DNA of 64,000 nucleotides from Escherichia coli (GTDB taxonomy: Bacteria > Pseudomonadota > Gammaproteobacteria > Enterobacterales > Enterobacteriaceae): assembly GCF_024223415.1 (NCBI RefSeq), contig NZ_CP100500.1. One strand, written 5' to 3'. Under the pieces are notes generated by a model. It saw only the letters and a program-made list of their open reading frames with translations, had not been told where the DNA came from and did not search any database. Positions 19,791-32,230 of the stretch are shown here, one piece after another. Numbering within the stretch: position 1 is the stretch's first letter; every line of letters starts with the position of its first letter. The position numbers and the translations under genes are program-made.

Positions 19791-20552
19791 ATGCAATTGA
19801 GCAGCAGTGAACCTTGCGTGGTGATCCTGACCGAAAAAGAGGTAGAGGTAAGCGTCAATAACCATGCTACGTTTACCCTTCCGAAAAACTACCTGGCCGC
19901 CTTCGCGTGCAACAATAACGTCATTGAACTCTCAACGTTAAATCACGTATTAATCACCCACATCAACCGTAACATCATCAACGATTATCTGTTGTTTTTA
20001 AATAAGAACTTAACCTGTGTAAAGCCCTGGTCGCGGCTGGCTACCCCGGTTATCGCTTGTCATAGCCGTACACCGGAAGTGTTCCGGCTAGCCGCCAACC
20101 ACAGCAAGCAGCAACCCAGCAAACCCTGCGAAGCGGAGTTGACGCGCGCATTGCTTTTTACCGTATTGTCTAACTTTCTTGAGCAATCGCGGTTTATTGC
20201 CCTACTGATGTATATCTTACGCAGCAGCGTCCGCGACAGCGTCTGCCGCATTATTCAAAGCGATATTCAGCATTACTGGAATCTGCGAATTGTCGCCAGT
20301 TCGCTATGTTTAAGCCCCAGCCTGCTCAAAAAGAAATTAAAAAACGAAAATACCAGCTATAGCCAGATTGTCACAGAGTGTCGTATGCGTTACGCCGTAC
20401 AGATGTTATTGATGGATAACAAAAATATCACTCAGGTGGCGCAATTATGTGGCTATAGCAGCACGTCGTACTTTATCTCTGTTTTTAAGGCGTTTTACGG
20501 CCTGACACCGTTGAATTATCTCGCCAAACAGCGACAAAAAGTGATGTGGTGA
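19791..20552 (+). CDS. envY: AraC-family porin regulator EnvY
   Basis: 253 aa; C-terminal AraC HTH; position between ybcH and ompT. Confidence 0.85.
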   Translation: MQLSSSEPCVVILTEKEVEVSVNNHATFTLPKNYLAAFACNNNVIELSTLNHVLITHINRNIINDYLLFLNKNLTCVKPWSRLATPVIACHSRTPEVFRLAANHSKQQPSKPCEAELTRALLFTVLSNFLEQSRFIALLMYILRSSVRDSVCRIIQSDIQHYWNLRIVASSLCLSPSLLKKKLKNENTSYSQIVTECRMRYAVQMLLMDNKNITQVAQLCGYSSTSYFISVFKAFYGLTPLNYLAKQRQKVMW

Positions 20553-20597
20553 AGGGCAAAGCGGAAACGGATAAGACGGGCATAAATGAAGAAGAAA

Positions 20598-20645
20598 TGG
20601 CGCGCCCTGCAGGATTCGAACCTGCGGCCCACGACTTAGAAGTTC
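20598..20645 (-). other. partial tRNA-Arg (argU) 3' end copy, prophage attachment-site core
   Basis: Minus strand reads CTTCTAAGTCGTGGGCCGCAGGTTCGAATCCTGCAGGGCGCGCCA, i.e. anticodon loop to CCA end of argU, with no 5' half. Confidence 0.8.
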
Positions 20646-21065
20646 CTAGAACGACATTTTAAGTCAACAACTTACCGCGCCATCTCTGCGCTCACACGTC
20701 CCACTACCTCAAAACATGTAAAGCCTTGCAAGCCATTGTGAGGCCTTATGTGTCTCAGTTTTGTCCCTCTTTTTTGTACCAAAAAACATAGCAATTGAGG
20801 ATAAACCTCATGCTATTTTCGCTTATATGCCTCTAAAGGCATGGCACTTAAATAGATAAAAGCACCACAAAAGCATAAAAAAACCACACAGTAAAACCGC
20901 AATATGAAACAATAACAGATAATTAAACCAAAAACAGATAGCGCATTGTGATAATCATTCAATACTAAACAAAATATAAACAGTGGAGCAATATGTAATT
21001 GACTCATTAAGTTAGATATAAAAAATACATATTCAATCATTAAAACGATTGAATGGAGAACTTTT

Positions 21066-22019
21066 ATGCGGGCGAAACTTCTGGGAATAGTCCTGACAAC
21101 CCCTATTGCGATCAGCTCTTTTGCTTCTACCGAGACTTTATCGTTTACTCCTGACAACATAAATGCGGACATTAGTCTTGGAACTCTGAGCGGAAAAACA
21201 AAAGAGCGTGTTTATCTAGCCGAAGAAGGAGGCCGAAAAGTCAGTCAACTCGACTGGAAATTCAATAACGCTGCAATTATTAAAGGTGCAATTAATTGGG
21301 ATTTGATGCCCCAGATATCTATCGGGGCTGCTGGATGGACAACTCTCGGCAGCCGAGGTGGCAATATGGTCGATCAGGACTGGATGGATTCCAGTAACCC
21401 CGGAACCTGGACGGATGAAAGTAGACACCCTGATACACAACTCAATTATGCCAACGAATTTGATCTGAATATCAAAGGCTGGCTCCTCAACGAACCCAAT
21501 TACCGCCTGGGACTCATGGCTGGATATCAGGAAAGCCGTTATAGCTTTACAGCCAGAGGTGGTTCCTATATCTACAGTTCTGAGGAGGGATTCAGAGATG
21601 ATATCGGCTCCTTCCCGAATGGAGAAAGAGCAATCGGCTACAAACAACGTTTTAAAATGCCCTACATTGGCTTGACTGGAAGTTATCGTTATGAAGATTT
21701 TGAACTCGGTGGCACATTTAAATACAGCGGCTGGGTGGAATCATCTGATAACGATGAACACTATGACCCGGGAAAAAGAATCACTTATCGCAGTAAGGTC
21801 AAAGACCAAAATTACTATTCTGTTGCAGTCAATGCAGGTTATTACGTCACACCTAACGCAAAAGTTTATGTTGAAGGCGCATGGAATCGGGTTACGAATA
21901 AAAAAGGTAATACTTCACTTTATGATCACAATAATAACACTTCAGACTACAGCAAAAATGGAGCAGGTATAGAAAACTATAACTTCATCACTACTGCTGG
22001 TCTTAAGTACACATTTTAA
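21066..22019 (+). CDS. ompT: outer membrane protease OmpT (omptin)
   Basis: 317 aa; signal peptide and sequence recognisable as OmpT throughout. Confidence 0.95.
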   Translation: MRAKLLGIVLTTPIAISSFASTETLSFTPDNINADISLGTLSGKTKERVYLAEEGGRKVSQLDWKFNNAAIIKGAINWDLMPQISIGAAGWTTLGSRGGNMVDQDWMDSSNPGTWTDESRHPDTQLNYANEFDLNIKGWLLNEPNYRLGLMAGYQESRYSFTARGGSYIYSSEEGFRDDIGSFPNGERAIGYKQRFKMPYIGLTGSYRYEDFELGGTFKYSGWVESSDNDEHYDPGKRITYRSKVKDQNYYSVAVNAGYYVTPNAKVYVEGAWNRVTNKKGNTSLYDHNNNTSDYSKNGAGIENYNFITTAGLKYTF

Positions 22020-22268
22020 GAACGCCAACTAAAATTTCCCCGAGGTGAAAATCGCCCCGGGGAATAACTAGCCATTTCAATGTAACAATTAACCCTTAAA
22101 ATAAACCCAGAAGGTTATTAACTAAATCACATAAAAAACCATCAATTATAGTATGTATAAAATAGGCGACAGCAACCCAATTACAAATTAATGGTTCCAG
22201 AATATCACATCAAAAAAAACGCTGTATAATATTATAATTAACATGTAGACAACTTGTAATAAACATTA

Positions 22269-23018
22269 TCAGTCAATTGTTTTGTTTATTCCATCTGTGA
22301 CGCCGATTATTTTCTCAAAATAATGAGATGGCGTGACACCATAATAATCTTTAAATGCACATATGAAATATGAAGTACTGTTATAGCCACATTTCTGGGC
22401 TACGACATTGATAGAATAAGAGTTTGAAGTTATGAGTTTTTTTGCATACCTCATCCTAGTATCTCTCAATATTTCAGTAAATGACGTTCCTTCATCCCTT
22501 AATCTTTTTTTTATTAAACTTTCACTCGTATAAATCAATTCCGCAATATCTTTTAAATGCCATTGCCGCTCAATATTAAAACTGATTATTCCAGTAATTT
22601 TACAGGTAAATGTATTTATATTTGTTAGTATAAATGAATTTACACTTTCGCGTTTTTTGAACATGGCAAGTAAGGATATACATAGTCTTTCTTTTAACCA
22701 AAGGGAGTATGAGTCTGCTATTTTAATCCCTTCAAACAGAGAAAAAACAAGCGATAATGGAGGTTCCTCTTCAGCAATATAGCCATTCTTATCAAGAGTA
22801 AATTTGCCAGGCAGCTCATTATTCACGTCGATAAAAAAGGATAAACATGTTTTCTTATCTATATCAACAATTCTTAGTTTAGAGGGGCATACTGGTAACT
22901 CCCTTCTAATTTTATCGCTTACAATAAACAATGAATTTTTTTTGAACGAGATAACTCTCCTGTTTATAATTAAATCAAATGATTGACAGATGAAAACTAC
23001 GGAGCAAACATAATCCAT
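22269..23018 (-). CDS. appY: AraC-family regulator AppY
   Basis: 249 aa; AT-rich; C-terminal AraC HTH; K-12 synteny next to ompT. Confidence 0.9.
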   Translation of the reverse strand: MDYVCSVVFICQSFDLIINRRVISFKKNSLFIVSDKIRRELPVCPSKLRIVDIDKKTCLSFFIDVNNELPGKFTLDKNGYIAEEEPPLSLVFSLFEGIKIADSYSLWLKERLCISLLAMFKKRESVNSFILTNINTFTCKITGIISFNIERQWHLKDIAELIYTSESLIKKRLRDEGTSFTEILRDTRMRYAKKLITSNSYSINVVAQKCGYNSTSYFICAFKDYYGVTPSHYFEKIIGVTDGINKTID

Positions 23019-23577
23019 CTTGCACCTATCATAAAATTAAAACAAGTTGATAGCAGTCAAATAACAACCAATTAAATACACAATCATAATCAGGATGATG
23101 TGCATTTATATTTTTATACACAAAATTATAGTTTGCAAATTTTAATAAATTTCATTTAAGATTAAATTATTATATGTATATTGTTTTTTATTCTAACGTA
23201 TTTCAAAGTTACATTTTTCAACGCTTACTATACTTTTTATTAACATAAACTCACTACAACGCACCTGAAACCTCTTGCTATATATATGTCAACCGTTTGA
23301 ATTTAAAATAAAAAGAGTATCATTTTTACTTGCATTTCTTATCAAGTCACATTCAACAACAGTAAAAAAACATTATTAGAACCATTCAATTAACAAAAAA
23401 CCAACATCCAGCTTGCTTAATTTTTCTTTATTAAACGATATTGAAAATCAATTGATAAAATACATCTAAACAACCTTTTGGGGCGCAAAAGCATAACATC
23501 AAACAAACAAATAACACACCGAAAAAACTCACAATTAATAACCTATGATATACATACTGTTTATTATGGTTGAATAA

Positions 23578-23824
23578 GCCACTCGATATCTGGTGCTACG
23601 GAAGTGTCCACACGGTTTAGCAGCACCCGATACTTTTTTCAGGCTTCCAGCAACGATCTTTCTTCCTCCGTTGCGATTTCCAGATCTACAGCATCCTGCA
23701 GTGGCGCAATATACTCACTGAATTCCTGGATGTAGAACTGTGTGGTGACGGTCTTCCAGCCATTCGGCTCCTGCTGTATTGAAGCATACCAGGCTATTTC
23801 AATATCGCTATGCTGCGGCAGCAT
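23578..23824 (-). pseudogene. tail fibre assembly gene remnant (tfaX-like)
   Basis: 61-aa ORF 23639..23824; 23578-23720 is a ~143-bp near-duplicate of the 3' part of tfa (24628-24769) with a 1-nt indel creating a stop. Confidence 0.7.
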
Positions 23825-23880
23825 TTAACCCCTTGTAATTCATTGCCATAATTGATTTAATTCACAAATAAAACTATAAC

Positions 23881-24549
23881 ATGGTGAAATTAATGAAAAA
23901 AAACACAGATGATGGGGCTAAAATTTACACACCACTTACCCTAAAGCTTTATGACTGGTGGGTTTTGGGAGTATCAAATCGGCTTGCATGGGGATCTCCT
24001 ACAAAGGAACACCTTCTTCCACACTTTCTGGAACATTTAGGTAACAACCATCTGGATATTGGTGTTGGAACTGGGTTTTACCTTACTCACGTACCTGAGA
24101 GTAGTCTGATATCTTTAATGGATTTGAACGAAGCTAGCCTGAACGCGGCATCTACAAGGGCTGGGGAATCAAAAATTAAACATAAAATTAACCATGATGT
24201 TTTTGAACCTTGTCCCGCGGCGTTACATGGTCAATTTGATTCCATTTCCATGTTTTACCTTCTTCACTGCCTGCCTGGAAATATATCTACAAAAAGCTGT
24301 GTAATACGCAATGCGGCGCAGGCCTTAACTGACGATGGAACTCTATACGGAGCCACAATTCTTGGCGATGGAGTTGTGCACAATAGCTTCGGTCAAAAAC
24401 TGATGCGCATTTACAATCAGAAAGGCATCTTTTCAAACACAAAAGATTCCGAAGAAGGCTTAACACATATACTCTCAGAGCATTTCGAGAATGTTAAAAC
24501 CAAGGTTCAAGGTACTGTAGTAATGTTTTCCGCTTCAGGGAAAAAATAG
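23881..24549 (+). CDS. SAM-dependent methyltransferase (YbcY-like)
   Basis: 222 aa; motif I DIGVGTGFY; K-12 DLP12 has ybcY at the equivalent position. Confidence 0.7.
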   Translation: MVKLMKKNTDDGAKIYTPLTLKLYDWWVLGVSNRLAWGSPTKEHLLPHFLEHLGNNHLDIGVGTGFYLTHVPESSLISLMDLNEASLNAASTRAGESKIKHKINHDVFEPCPAALHGQFDSISMFYLLHCLPGNISTKSCVIRNAAQALTDDGTLYGATILGDGVVHNSFGQKLMRIYNQKGIFSNTKDSEEGLTHILSEHFENVKTKVQGTVVMFSASGKK

Positions 24550-24603
24550 CATCCAACCGCAGCACGTTCTTGCTTAAGACGTGCTGCGGCATAATCCCAA
24601 TGA

Positions 24604-25188
24604 TTACTCCCTGACAGGGTTCGTAGGCCACTCAATATCAGGTGCAGTTGATGTATCAACACGGTTCAGCAACACCCGATACTTTTTCCAGGCTTCCAGC
24701 AATGAGGTTTCTTCCTCCGTTGCGATTTCCAGATCTACAGCATCCTGAAGTGGCGCAATATGCTCACTGGCTACCTGCATCAGGCTGTTTTTTGTTTCTT
24801 CCGCCTCCCGGATCCGGAACAGTTTTTCTGCTTCTGCATCTTTCACCCAGGCTGTGCCGTTCCACTTCTGAAACTCCCCTTCCGGCGATAACCAGGTAAC
24901 ATTTTCCGGTAACGGACCGAGTTCAGAAATAAATAACTCGTCCCCTGACGCTACGTCATAAACCGTTTTACCCCGATGGTCTTCAACGAGATGCCACGAT
25001 GCCTCATCACTGTTGAAAACAGCCACAAAGCCAGCAGGAATATCTGGTGGTGCAATATCGGTACTGTTTGCTGGCAGACCTGTATGAGGCGGAATATATG
25101 CGTCACCTTCACCAATAAATTTATTAGTTCCGGCCAGCAGATTATAAATTTTTATGGTCCGTGCTTGTTCACTCATTCTGAATGCCAT
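24604..25188 (-). CDS. tail fibre assembly protein (Tfa)
   Basis: 194 aa; immediately downstream of side tail fibre gene; conserved Tfa C-terminus ([16 protein letters not shown]). Confidence 0.85.
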   Translation of the reverse strand: MAFRMSEQARTIKIYNLLAGTNKFIGEGDAYIPPHTGLPANSTDIAPPDIPAGFVAVFNSDEASWHLVEDHRGKTVYDVASGDELFISELGPLPENVTWLSPEGEFQKWNGTAWVKDAEAEKLFRIREAEETKNSLMQVASEHIAPLQDAVDLEIATEEETSLLEAWKKYRVLLNRVDTSTAPDIEWPTNPVRE

Positions 25189-27944
25189 TATGCAAGCCTC
25201 ACAATATAGTTAAATGCGATGTTTTTGACGGTGTTTTCCGCGTTACCAGCAGCGTTAACGGTGATGGTGTGTCCATGTGAGCCAATCGCAACGGAGTGCG
25301 TATGAGCACCAATACCGACAGTATGTGCGTGTGCACCTGCAGATGCTGCGGTGCCGGACAGTGAGTGGCTATGATTACCATCTGTACTGGTATTAGCTAA
25401 CGCCCCCGTAGACATACCTACTGAGCCTTGTACACCCCAAGTATTTTGACCTGAGCTTGTATAACCATATTGATAAGTATCTTTAAAAACACTGGGGTTA
25501 AATCGACGGCCATCTCTATGGCTGTGATTACCAGCTGCATTCGTGCTGCCACTTAAACTATGGGTATGCGCACCAGTGTTATTCGTAGATTTAGTGCCGT
25601 AATCAAACGACGATGTGGTTTTCGTCCCCAAATCCGTACTGGATGCGCTGGCGCTGTGGGTGTGCGATTTAATGCCGTCCTGTTCCTGAGACAATACGGC
25701 ACGACCACTGGCGGGCTTGCCCTTAATCGTCCAGCCACGCATATCAGGGATCACGCCTGACGGATAAGCCGCTGCAAGTTTCGGGTATGCAGATTTGTCA
25801 AAAGCCTGCCCCTGCATCAGGGCATAGCCAGACGGAACGGTATCTGATGGCCACGGGATTGGTGCGCCAGGCGGATAAAACTGCTCTGATGGCGTATAGA
25901 GTGAATAAACTGTACCGTCCGTTAACCCTTCCGGCTTATTAGCAGAATATGCTGGTGACGTATGAATCGTCACGCTGGCATTACTGGTATAATCCCATTG
26001 AATATTTACACCAGTCGCATAATTTCCGATTGCAACGTAAATATCGTAAGTATCACCAGATGTATTAACCCAGGCAAAATTTGTAAACCCTGTCAATGTG
26101 CGCTGCCATAAAGCACCAGTAATCCCCTTCGGATTACCATTACCTGCACGTAAAACAAGTTCAGATATACCTGCCTGTTGAGGTGACCCCACGTTAAATC
26201 CAGCGCCACCAATCAACGTAATTGAAACAACAGAACTCGCCTGTGGCATGGTTACCGTTGCTAATTTGAACCAACCAGCACCACCGCTGAATGACATTGT
26301 TGTTGAGTTAAGCGTACCAATATCTTTCGGCGTCAGTGTTATATCCGCTGAAAGCGCCTTACCATTCACCTTACGGGCAGAAGGTACCCGACCATTCGCA
26401 TTGTCATTAGCTGCTTTCACTGCTTTCGGTGTCGCAGCAAGCGTTTCAGATGTGCTGTTGGTTGCACTACTGAGCTGGACAATTCCTTTTTGTGCTGTCG
26501 TAGCGTCCTGTGCGGTGTATTTCCCGTTAGCCAGGTCATACGCGGCCTTAACGGCTTTTGGCGTTGCCGCCTGTGACTCGGAAGTGCTGTTAGTCGCACT
26601 GCTGAGCTGAACTATCCCTTTCTGTCCTGTCGTTGCATCCTGTGCGGTGTATTTCCCGTTAGCCAGGTCATACGCGGCCTTAACGGCTTTTGGCGTTGCC
26701 GCCTGTGACTCGGAAGTGCTGTTGGTCGCACTGCTGAGCTGTACTATCCCCTTTTTCGTCGTGCTCGCATCCTCAAGCGCCACGGCGGATGCAATATCCT
26801 CTGCCCGTTTTGCTGCTGTCTCGGCGCGCGTTGCCGCGGATTCCGCCGTACTTTTGCTCTGTGCTGCCGCTGCCGCACTGCCAGCAGCCTCTGTCGCCTT
26901 CGTGGATGCCGTCGTGGCGCTGCCCCTCGCTGCTGACGCCTGTCTGGTCGCCTCATCTTTTGAAGCAGACGCAGATGATGCCGATGACGCCGCCGAACTG
27001 GCGGACGATGCGGCAGCCGTTTTTGAGGATTCTGCGCTGGTTTCCGACGCTTTCGCGTTCGTTTCGGATGTCTTCGCTGCGGAAGCAGACCTCGCTGCTG
27101 CGCTGGCCTGTTCAGTGGCTTCGCCAGCCTTCGTTGTGGCTGTTGAAGCGGATGATGCGGCGCTTTCTGCCGATTTTCCGGCGGCGGTGGCACTGACTGC
27201 TGCCTCCTCTGCCTTAATGGACGCCTCACGGGCCGATGATGCAGCTGCTGTCTCAGAGTCTGCCGCAGCTGAGGCGCTCTGTTCCGCTGCCGTTTCAGAA
27301 GACTTAGCATTCGTCTCGGACGTTTTCGCCGCAGCGGCACTGGTAGCTGCCGCGCTTTTTGAGGACTCTGCAGCAGCAGCACTTTTCGATGCTTCACTGG
27401 CCTTTGTTGATGCCGTTCCTGCGCTGGAAGATGCTGACTGAGCCGACGACGCGGCCTGTCCGGCTGACGTGCTGGCTGCGCGTGCTGAGCCTGCAGCATC
27501 AGTCGTATGGGTTGCCGCCTCACGGGCTGATGTGCTGGCATCGCTGGCTGACTTCTTCGCGGCTGCCGTGTTCTGTGCCACCGCGGACGCGTTACGCGCC
27601 ACCTCTTCCACCATCAGTTCAAAACGGCGCAGTGCCTCAGGACGGGCATCATCCTCCGTCATGGCACCGAGAAAATCATTCAGCGTACCGGGTCGGGAAT
27701 CTTCATACACGGTGATGGTCCCGGCATGTGACGGCGGGAACCCCTCCACCAACAGAATAACGCTGTACTGCCCGTACTCAACGTCCATGCTGTAACGCCC
27801 GGCTTCATCCGGATTTTCTGAGGCCAGCGTGTTCACCACCACCGTGGTGCTGTTACGTTTTGCTTTCAGCTGGATTGTGCAGTTCTGTACCGGTTTTCCT
27901 GTGCCGTCTTTCAGTACACCTGAAATCTTTACTGCCATATTCAC
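25188..27944 (-). CDS. side tail fibre protein (Stf-like)
   Basis: 918 aa; lambda Stf-like N-terminus, long Ala/Ser/Thr-rich region, three 44-aa tail-fibre repeats ([41 protein letters not shown]), His-rich C-terminal tip. Confidence 0.9.
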   Translation of the reverse strand: MNMAVKISGVLKDGTGKPVQNCTIQLKAKRNSTTVVVNTLASENPDEAGRYSMDVEYGQYSVILLVEGFPPSHAGTITVYEDSRPGTLNDFLGAMTEDDARPEALRRFELMVEEVARNASAVAQNTAAAKKSASDASTSAREAATHTTDAAGSARAASTSAGQAASSAQSASSSAGTASTKASEASKSAAAAESSKSAAATSAAAAKTSETNAKSSETAAEQSASAAADSETAAASSAREASIKAEEAAVSATAAGKSAESAASSASTATTKAGEATEQASAAARSASAAKTSETNAKASETSAESSKTAAASSASSAASSASSASASKDEATRQASAARGSATTASTKATEAAGSAAAAAQSKSTAESAATRAETAAKRAEDIASAVALEDASTTKKGIVQLSSATNSTSESQAATPKAVKAAYDLANGKYTAQDATTGQKGIVQLSSATNSTSESQAATPKAVKAAYDLANGKYTAQDATTAQKGIVQLSSATNSTSETLAATPKAVKAANDNANGRVPSARKVNGKALSADITLTPKDIGTLNSTTMSFSGGAGWFKLATVTMPQASSVVSITLIGGAGFNVGSPQQAGISELVLRAGNGNPKGITGALWQRTLTGFTNFAWVNTSGDTYDIYVAIGNYATGVNIQWDYTSNASVTIHTSPAYSANKPEGLTDGTVYSLYTPSEQFYPPGAPIPWPSDTVPSGYALMQGQAFDKSAYPKLAAAYPSGVIPDMRGWTIKGKPASGRAVLSQEQDGIKSHTHSASASSTDLGTKTTSSFDYGTKSTNNTGAHTHSLSGSTNAAGNHSHRDGRRFNPSVFKDTYQYGYTSSGQNTWGVQGSVGMSTGALANTSTDGNHSHSLSGTAASAGAHAHTVGIGAHTHSVAIGSHGHTITVNAAGNAENTVKNIAFNYIVRLA
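26377..26772 (-). repeat. three tandem ~132-bp coding repeats inside the tail fibre gene
   Basis: Units beginning ~26377, 26509 and 26641 are near-identical at DNA level. Confidence 0.85.
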
Positions 27945-28002
27945 CCCACAAAAAAGCCCGCCTGAACCGGCGGGCTGTCATAACACTGTGTTACCTGGCT
28001 AA

Positions 28003-28602
28003 TCAGAATTTATAACCGACACCCACGATGAAACCGTCAGTGCGCCAGTCACCACTGCCGGAGCCTTCATAAGCAATATCAATGGCCACGGATTCGGTCG
28101 GGTTAAACTGCACGCCAGCCCCCCACGCCAGAGACGTGTTGCTGTGGCGACCGTCATCACTTCCGGTCAGCACATCGTGCTTTTTCCCCTTGTTGTCAGT
28201 TACGCGAAGATAATCCCCGGAGAAAGTCGACACACGGCTGTAAGCTACACCCGCCATCGCATACGCGCTGAACCATTCATTCACGCGCACAGACGGCCCC
28301 GCCATTACGCTGAACCAGCGGTTACGAACGGAATCTTCATGCCAGCGGGTATCGCTGTAACGGGTCAGCTGGCGATTCTTGTCTCCTGCATAGCTGAATG
28401 ACGTCACCAGCCCCAGTGTGTCCGTAAACTCATAACGGTATTTCACGTTAATCCCGTTCAGATCATCACTGCCGGGGACGTTCGTCGAGGCATGAAGATA
28501 CCCCGCGCTCAGCGTGGACTGATGTTCAGACGCCCATGCAGGCGCACCGGATACGGCCAGACAAATGGCTGCGGACAAAATTGCTGCACAAACTTTACGC
28601 AT
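28003..28602 (-). CDS. lom: Lom/Ail-family outer membrane protein
   Basis: 199 aa; signal peptide, beta-barrel ending in F; directly downstream of J as in lambda. Confidence 0.9.
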   Translation of the reverse strand: MRKVCAAILSAAICLAVSGAPAWASEHQSTLSAGYLHASTNVPGSDDLNGINVKYRYEFTDTLGLVTSFSYAGDKNRQLTRYSDTRWHEDSVRNRWFSVMAGPSVRVNEWFSAYAMAGVAYSRVSTFSGDYLRVTDNKGKKHDVLTGSDDGRHSNTSLAWGAGVQFNPTESVAIDIAYEGSGSGDWRTDGFIVGVGYKF

Positions 28603-28672
28603 AATTACCTCTCGCTTTTCTGCAATAAAAAAGGCGTCATTCCTGACGCCCTTTATTGGGGTTATAAATATT

Positions 28673-31600
28673 TCAACGAATACTGATGCCGGAAGCGGCT
28701 TTTTTGGTCACAATCACCGTACAGTCGGTGATATTGCCTGCCCCCTGATTGCCTTTCTGGAAAATCTTAAACTCCAGAGTGACGCTTCCCCTGCCACTCG
28801 GCATATCAATAACTGCACTGTAACTACCGGGAATGGCCCCTTTAGTTTCTCTGGATGCGATTAATACGCCGTTTTTGCGAACTTCAAAACCATAACCCGT
28901 GTATCGCGTGCCTCCTGGGTTATTTCCGCTCCCCGGATCGTCATACGCTATACCGTTAAAAATAATGGGCGGAATAATAATCTGGCGGTCAAAGTTATGA
29001 TCATCGCTGATGGTGACTGTAACCGTACCGTTTGGTGTTTCCGTGTTACCCCACGTACCGACTTTTTTCGGGAAGGCTTTTGATACAGCTTTAACGAAAT
29101 CTCCTCTGACCTGGGTCGCCTCCAGCATGCCCTTAATCGTACAGTTCTGGTTAATCGTGACATTGTTGAGCGTTCCTGAGTTCGCATTCACACTGCCACT
29201 GATATCCGCATTTTTCGCCGTCAGTCTCCCGTCTGATGTCAGGGAAAATGCCGGAGGATTACCGCCGCTGGTAATGGTGGGGGCCGTCAGGCGTTTCAGG
29301 AACACTTCATTCATGAATATCTGATCGCCCTGACCAACAAACATCGGCTTTGTGTTGCCATTCGCAGGATTAATCATCGCAATCCTGTCTGCTGCCAGCA
29401 GCACCTGACTCTGCATGCCGTCAGGGGTGTTCTCAATACCGGCACCGATACCCGCAATATAAAGGCGTCCGTCCTGCATCTGCTGCAGCTTCACTGCCCA
29501 CATGCTGTTCAGGTTATTATTTGTATCAACCTGAACCTTCTGTATCTGCTGGATCGCTGCACTCTGGTCTTCCAGTTTCTTATTGACGGTCTGTGTTATT
29601 TCATTGCTGACATCCGTTATGGACGTCCTGATTTCAGTCAGGTCAGGCGCAAGCTGACCGTTATCAATCTGCGTCCACAGCTCCTGAGCCAGATGGGTTT
29701 TCCCTATCTCGCCTTTGAAAAAATCCAGGTAACCTTCCGCATCATCGCTCGCCCGACCGACGGCCTCCACGAATGCCGATTTGCCAACGGTGTTCACACT
29801 GCGGATATAAAAGTAATAATCATGGCCCGGTTTGATATTGATACTGGCGGCTATCCAGTACAGCCCCGTGCCAAGGTAGCGGGCTGTGGTTTCAACCTGC
29901 CTGATATCGGTAATCCGCGTTTCCGAGAACCAGAACTCAAACTGTACCGTCGGATCATAAACCGCAAGATGCGGCGTGGCAGTTATCTGAAAATAGCCCG
30001 GCGTCAGCTCAATCCGCGACGGCGCTGCCGGGGCGGCAATCCGGAACGATACCGACGCCGGATCGCCCTGCTGTCCCCGGGCATTTACCGCCCGGACCGT
30101 CAGCGTGTAACGCCCCAGCGCCAGTTGCCTGAAGCGGTAAGTGGTTTCCGTCGTCCGGGCCGTGCTGACCAGCCGCTCACGGCCGTCATCCGCTGCCACG
30201 GTCAGGCGAAGCAGGAAGCTCACGCCCTTCACCACCTTCGGCGTGTCCCAGCGGGCCAGCACCTGATACTCCCCGCTGTCTGCGGTGACTTCTGCGGTCA
30301 GGTGCTGCACCGCTGGCGGCGTGACACCATTTACCGTGCCGCTCTGGTCGCCGTCAAAGTGCGCCCCGTTATCCACGATGGCCTCTTTTTCCGGTACATG
30401 CTGCACGGCGGTGATGGCATACGTGCCGTCGTCGTTCTCACGGATACTCACACAGCGGAACAGGCGCTGGCGCAGCGTCGGCAGCTTCAGCCCCCACACG
30501 CTGTATCCGGCAACGCCGTCAGGAACACGGCTCACTTTCACCTTCACGCCGTCGGTGACGGACTGAACCTCCACGCTGACCGGATTGCCACTTCCGTCAA
30601 CCAGGCTTATCAGCGTGGTACCGGAGGATGGCAGCGTGATTTCACGGTCGAGCGTCAGCGTCCGGGTCTGGCTGTTCACCGCCAGCACACGCCCGCCGGT
30701 GCTGATCCCCGCATAGTCATCATCACAGATTTCAATGACATCGCCCGGTACATGGCGAAGCCCTTCTGCGCCCACGCTGAAGTCCACGGTCTGCGTCTCC
30801 AGCAGCTCCGTTTTAATCAGCCACAGCCCGGCGCGGTGTGCCTGCCCCCGGCTGGTACAGCCAAAGGCATCCATCTTCGTGACGTTACGACCGTAACGGA
30901 CAATGGCCTGCGTATCCTCCACAAGCTCTGTCGCCGTCTCCTGGCCGTTATTCGGGTCAATCCAGTTCACCTCAACGGCATTATGACGGTCCTTCAGGGC
31001 GCTGAAGCTGTAGCGGAACGGCGCGCCATCATCCGGCATCACCACATTACTGCGGTTATAGGTCCACACCTTATCCGATGGCCGGTCCTGCACGAACGTC
31101 AGCGTCTGCCCGTTCCATACCGGCATACAGCGCATCGCCGAGCAGAAATCACTGAGCACATCCCACGCCTTGCGCTGCGTGGTCAGGTACGCATTACAGG
31201 TGATACGCGGTTCCGTGCCACCAAAGCCATCCGGCACCGACTGGTCGCAATTCTGGCCGATGACATACAGCGCCCATTTATCCACATCCGCCGCACCAAG
31301 ACGTTTCCCCATGCCGTAGCGCGGATGGGTCAGCATATCCCACAGACACCAGGCCATGTTGTTGCTGTATGCCGGTTGTAACGTTCCGTCCCAGATACCG
31401 CTGTATTGTCGCGTCTGCGGGTTATAATTCGACGGCACCTGCAGAATACGCCCGCGAAGATGATAATTACGGCTCACCTGCTGGCTGCCGAACTGCTCCG
31501 AATCCACCTGCACACCGACCAGTGCCGTGTTCGGGTAGCACTGTTTCACATCGATGATTTCGGTGTATGACGACCAGAGCGTTTTGTTCTGCAGCTGGTC

Positions 31601-32170
31601 TGTGGTGCTGTCCGGCGTCATCCTGCGCATCCGGATACTGAACGGGCGCGGCGGCAGGTTACCCACCACCACCGGGGCCAGATACTGCGAGGTGGTTTTG
31701 CCCTTAATGGTGATGTCTTTTTCCGTTAACCAGCGACCGTTACGCTGTATCTGAACCAGCAGGCGGACTTCCGACGGATTCCGGTCCCCCTTTGAGGTGG
31801 TTTCCACCAGTGCCTGCACACCGAAGGTCAGGCGCAGACGGTCGATGTTTGCCGACGTGATGGTCCGGGTAATCGGCGTGTCGTACTTCACTTCCGTACC
31901 CAGCACCGTCTCGGAGCCGGAGGATTCAAATCCCTCCGGCGGTGTCTGCTCCTGCTCACCTGCCCGGAAAACCACCGTGACACCGGAGATATTGGTATTC
32001 CCCTCACTGTCCAGCACCGGCGTACTGTTCAGCAGCACACTTTTTAATCCGTCCACCGGACCTTCAACCGGCCCTTCACTGATGGCGTCTATCACGCTCA
32101 GCATCTGGGATGATTTCAGGTTGTCCTTCGCTTCGCGCGGGGTATGCCCCTTACTGCTGCCTTTACCCAT
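28673..32170 (-). CDS. J: tail tip host-specificity protein J
   Basis: 1165 aa; N-terminus [20 protein letters not shown] as in lambda J. Confidence 0.95.
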   Translation of the reverse strand: MGKGSSKGHTPREAKDNLKSSQMLSVIDAISEGPVEGPVDGLKSVLLNSTPVLDSEGNTNISGVTVVFRAGEQEQTPPEGFESSGSETVLGTEVKYDTPITRTITSANIDRLRLTFGVQALVETTSKGDRNPSEVRLLVQIQRNGRWLTEKDITIKGKTTSQYLAPVVVGNLPPRPFSIRMRRMTPDSTTDQLQNKTLWSSYTEIIDVKQCYPNTALVGVQVDSEQFGSQQVSRNYHLRGRILQVPSNYNPQTRQYSGIWDGTLQPAYSNNMAWCLWDMLTHPRYGMGKRLGAADVDKWALYVIGQNCDQSVPDGFGGTEPRITCNAYLTTQRKAWDVLSDFCSAMRCMPVWNGQTLTFVQDRPSDKVWTYNRSNVVMPDDGAPFRYSFSALKDRHNAVEVNWIDPNNGQETATELVEDTQAIVRYGRNVTKMDAFGCTSRGQAHRAGLWLIKTELLETQTVDFSVGAEGLRHVPGDVIEICDDDYAGISTGGRVLAVNSQTRTLTLDREITLPSSGTTLISLVDGSGNPVSVEVQSVTDGVKVKVSRVPDGVAGYSVWGLKLPTLRQRLFRCVSIRENDDGTYAITAVQHVPEKEAIVDNGAHFDGDQSGTVNGVTPPAVQHLTAEVTADSGEYQVLARWDTPKVVKGVSFLLRLTVAADDGRERLVSTARTTETTYRFRQLALGRYTLTVRAVNARGQQGDPASVSFRIAAPAAPSRIELTPGYFQITATPHLAVYDPTVQFEFWFSETRITDIRQVETTARYLGTGLYWIAASINIKPGHDYYFYIRSVNTVGKSAFVEAVGRASDDAEGYLDFFKGEIGKTHLAQELWTQIDNGQLAPDLTEIRTSITDVSNEITQTVNKKLEDQSAAIQQIQKVQVDTNNNLNSMWAVKLQQMQDGRLYIAGIGAGIENTPDGMQSQVLLAADRIAMINPANGNTKPMFVGQGDQIFMNEVFLKRLTAPTITSGGNPPAFSLTSDGRLTAKNADISGSVNANSGTLNNVTINQNCTIKGMLEATQVRGDFVKAVSKAFPKKVGTWGNTETPNGTVTVTISDDHNFDRQIIIPPIIFNGIAYDDPGSGNNPGGTRYTGYGFEVRKNGVLIASRETKGAIPGSYSAVIDMPSGRGSVTLEFKIFQKGNQGAGNITDCTVIVTKKAASGISIR

Positions 32171-32230
32171 TCCTCACGCTCCAGAAACGACAAAACCGCC
32201 CTGAGGCGGTTTCACATAAAACGTTTTTCA

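Noticed and set aside
20598-20645. Functional tRNA gene
   Set aside because: Only the 3' half of argU is present (no acceptor 5' strand or D arm). Interpreted as an att-site remnant, not a gene.
26377-26772. CRISPR array (regular tandem repeats here and at 58020..58170)
   Set aside because: The repeats are in-frame coding repeats (tail fibre) or iterons inside the replication gene. There are no unique spacers of uniform length and no cas genes.
26248-27795. Several long ORFs on both strands inside the tail fibre gene (e.g. 26647..27441 +, 26744..27541 -, 26789..27196 +)
   Set aside because: They lie within the Ala/Ser/Thr-rich and repeat region of the tail fibre gene, and their translations are low-complexity (poly-Ala or Arg/Pro/Gln-rich). 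Typical GC-rich frame artefacts.
29693-31381. 562-aa plus-strand ORF antisense to J
   Set aside because: It lies wholly within the well-supported J gene and its translation is Arg-rich with no start context.
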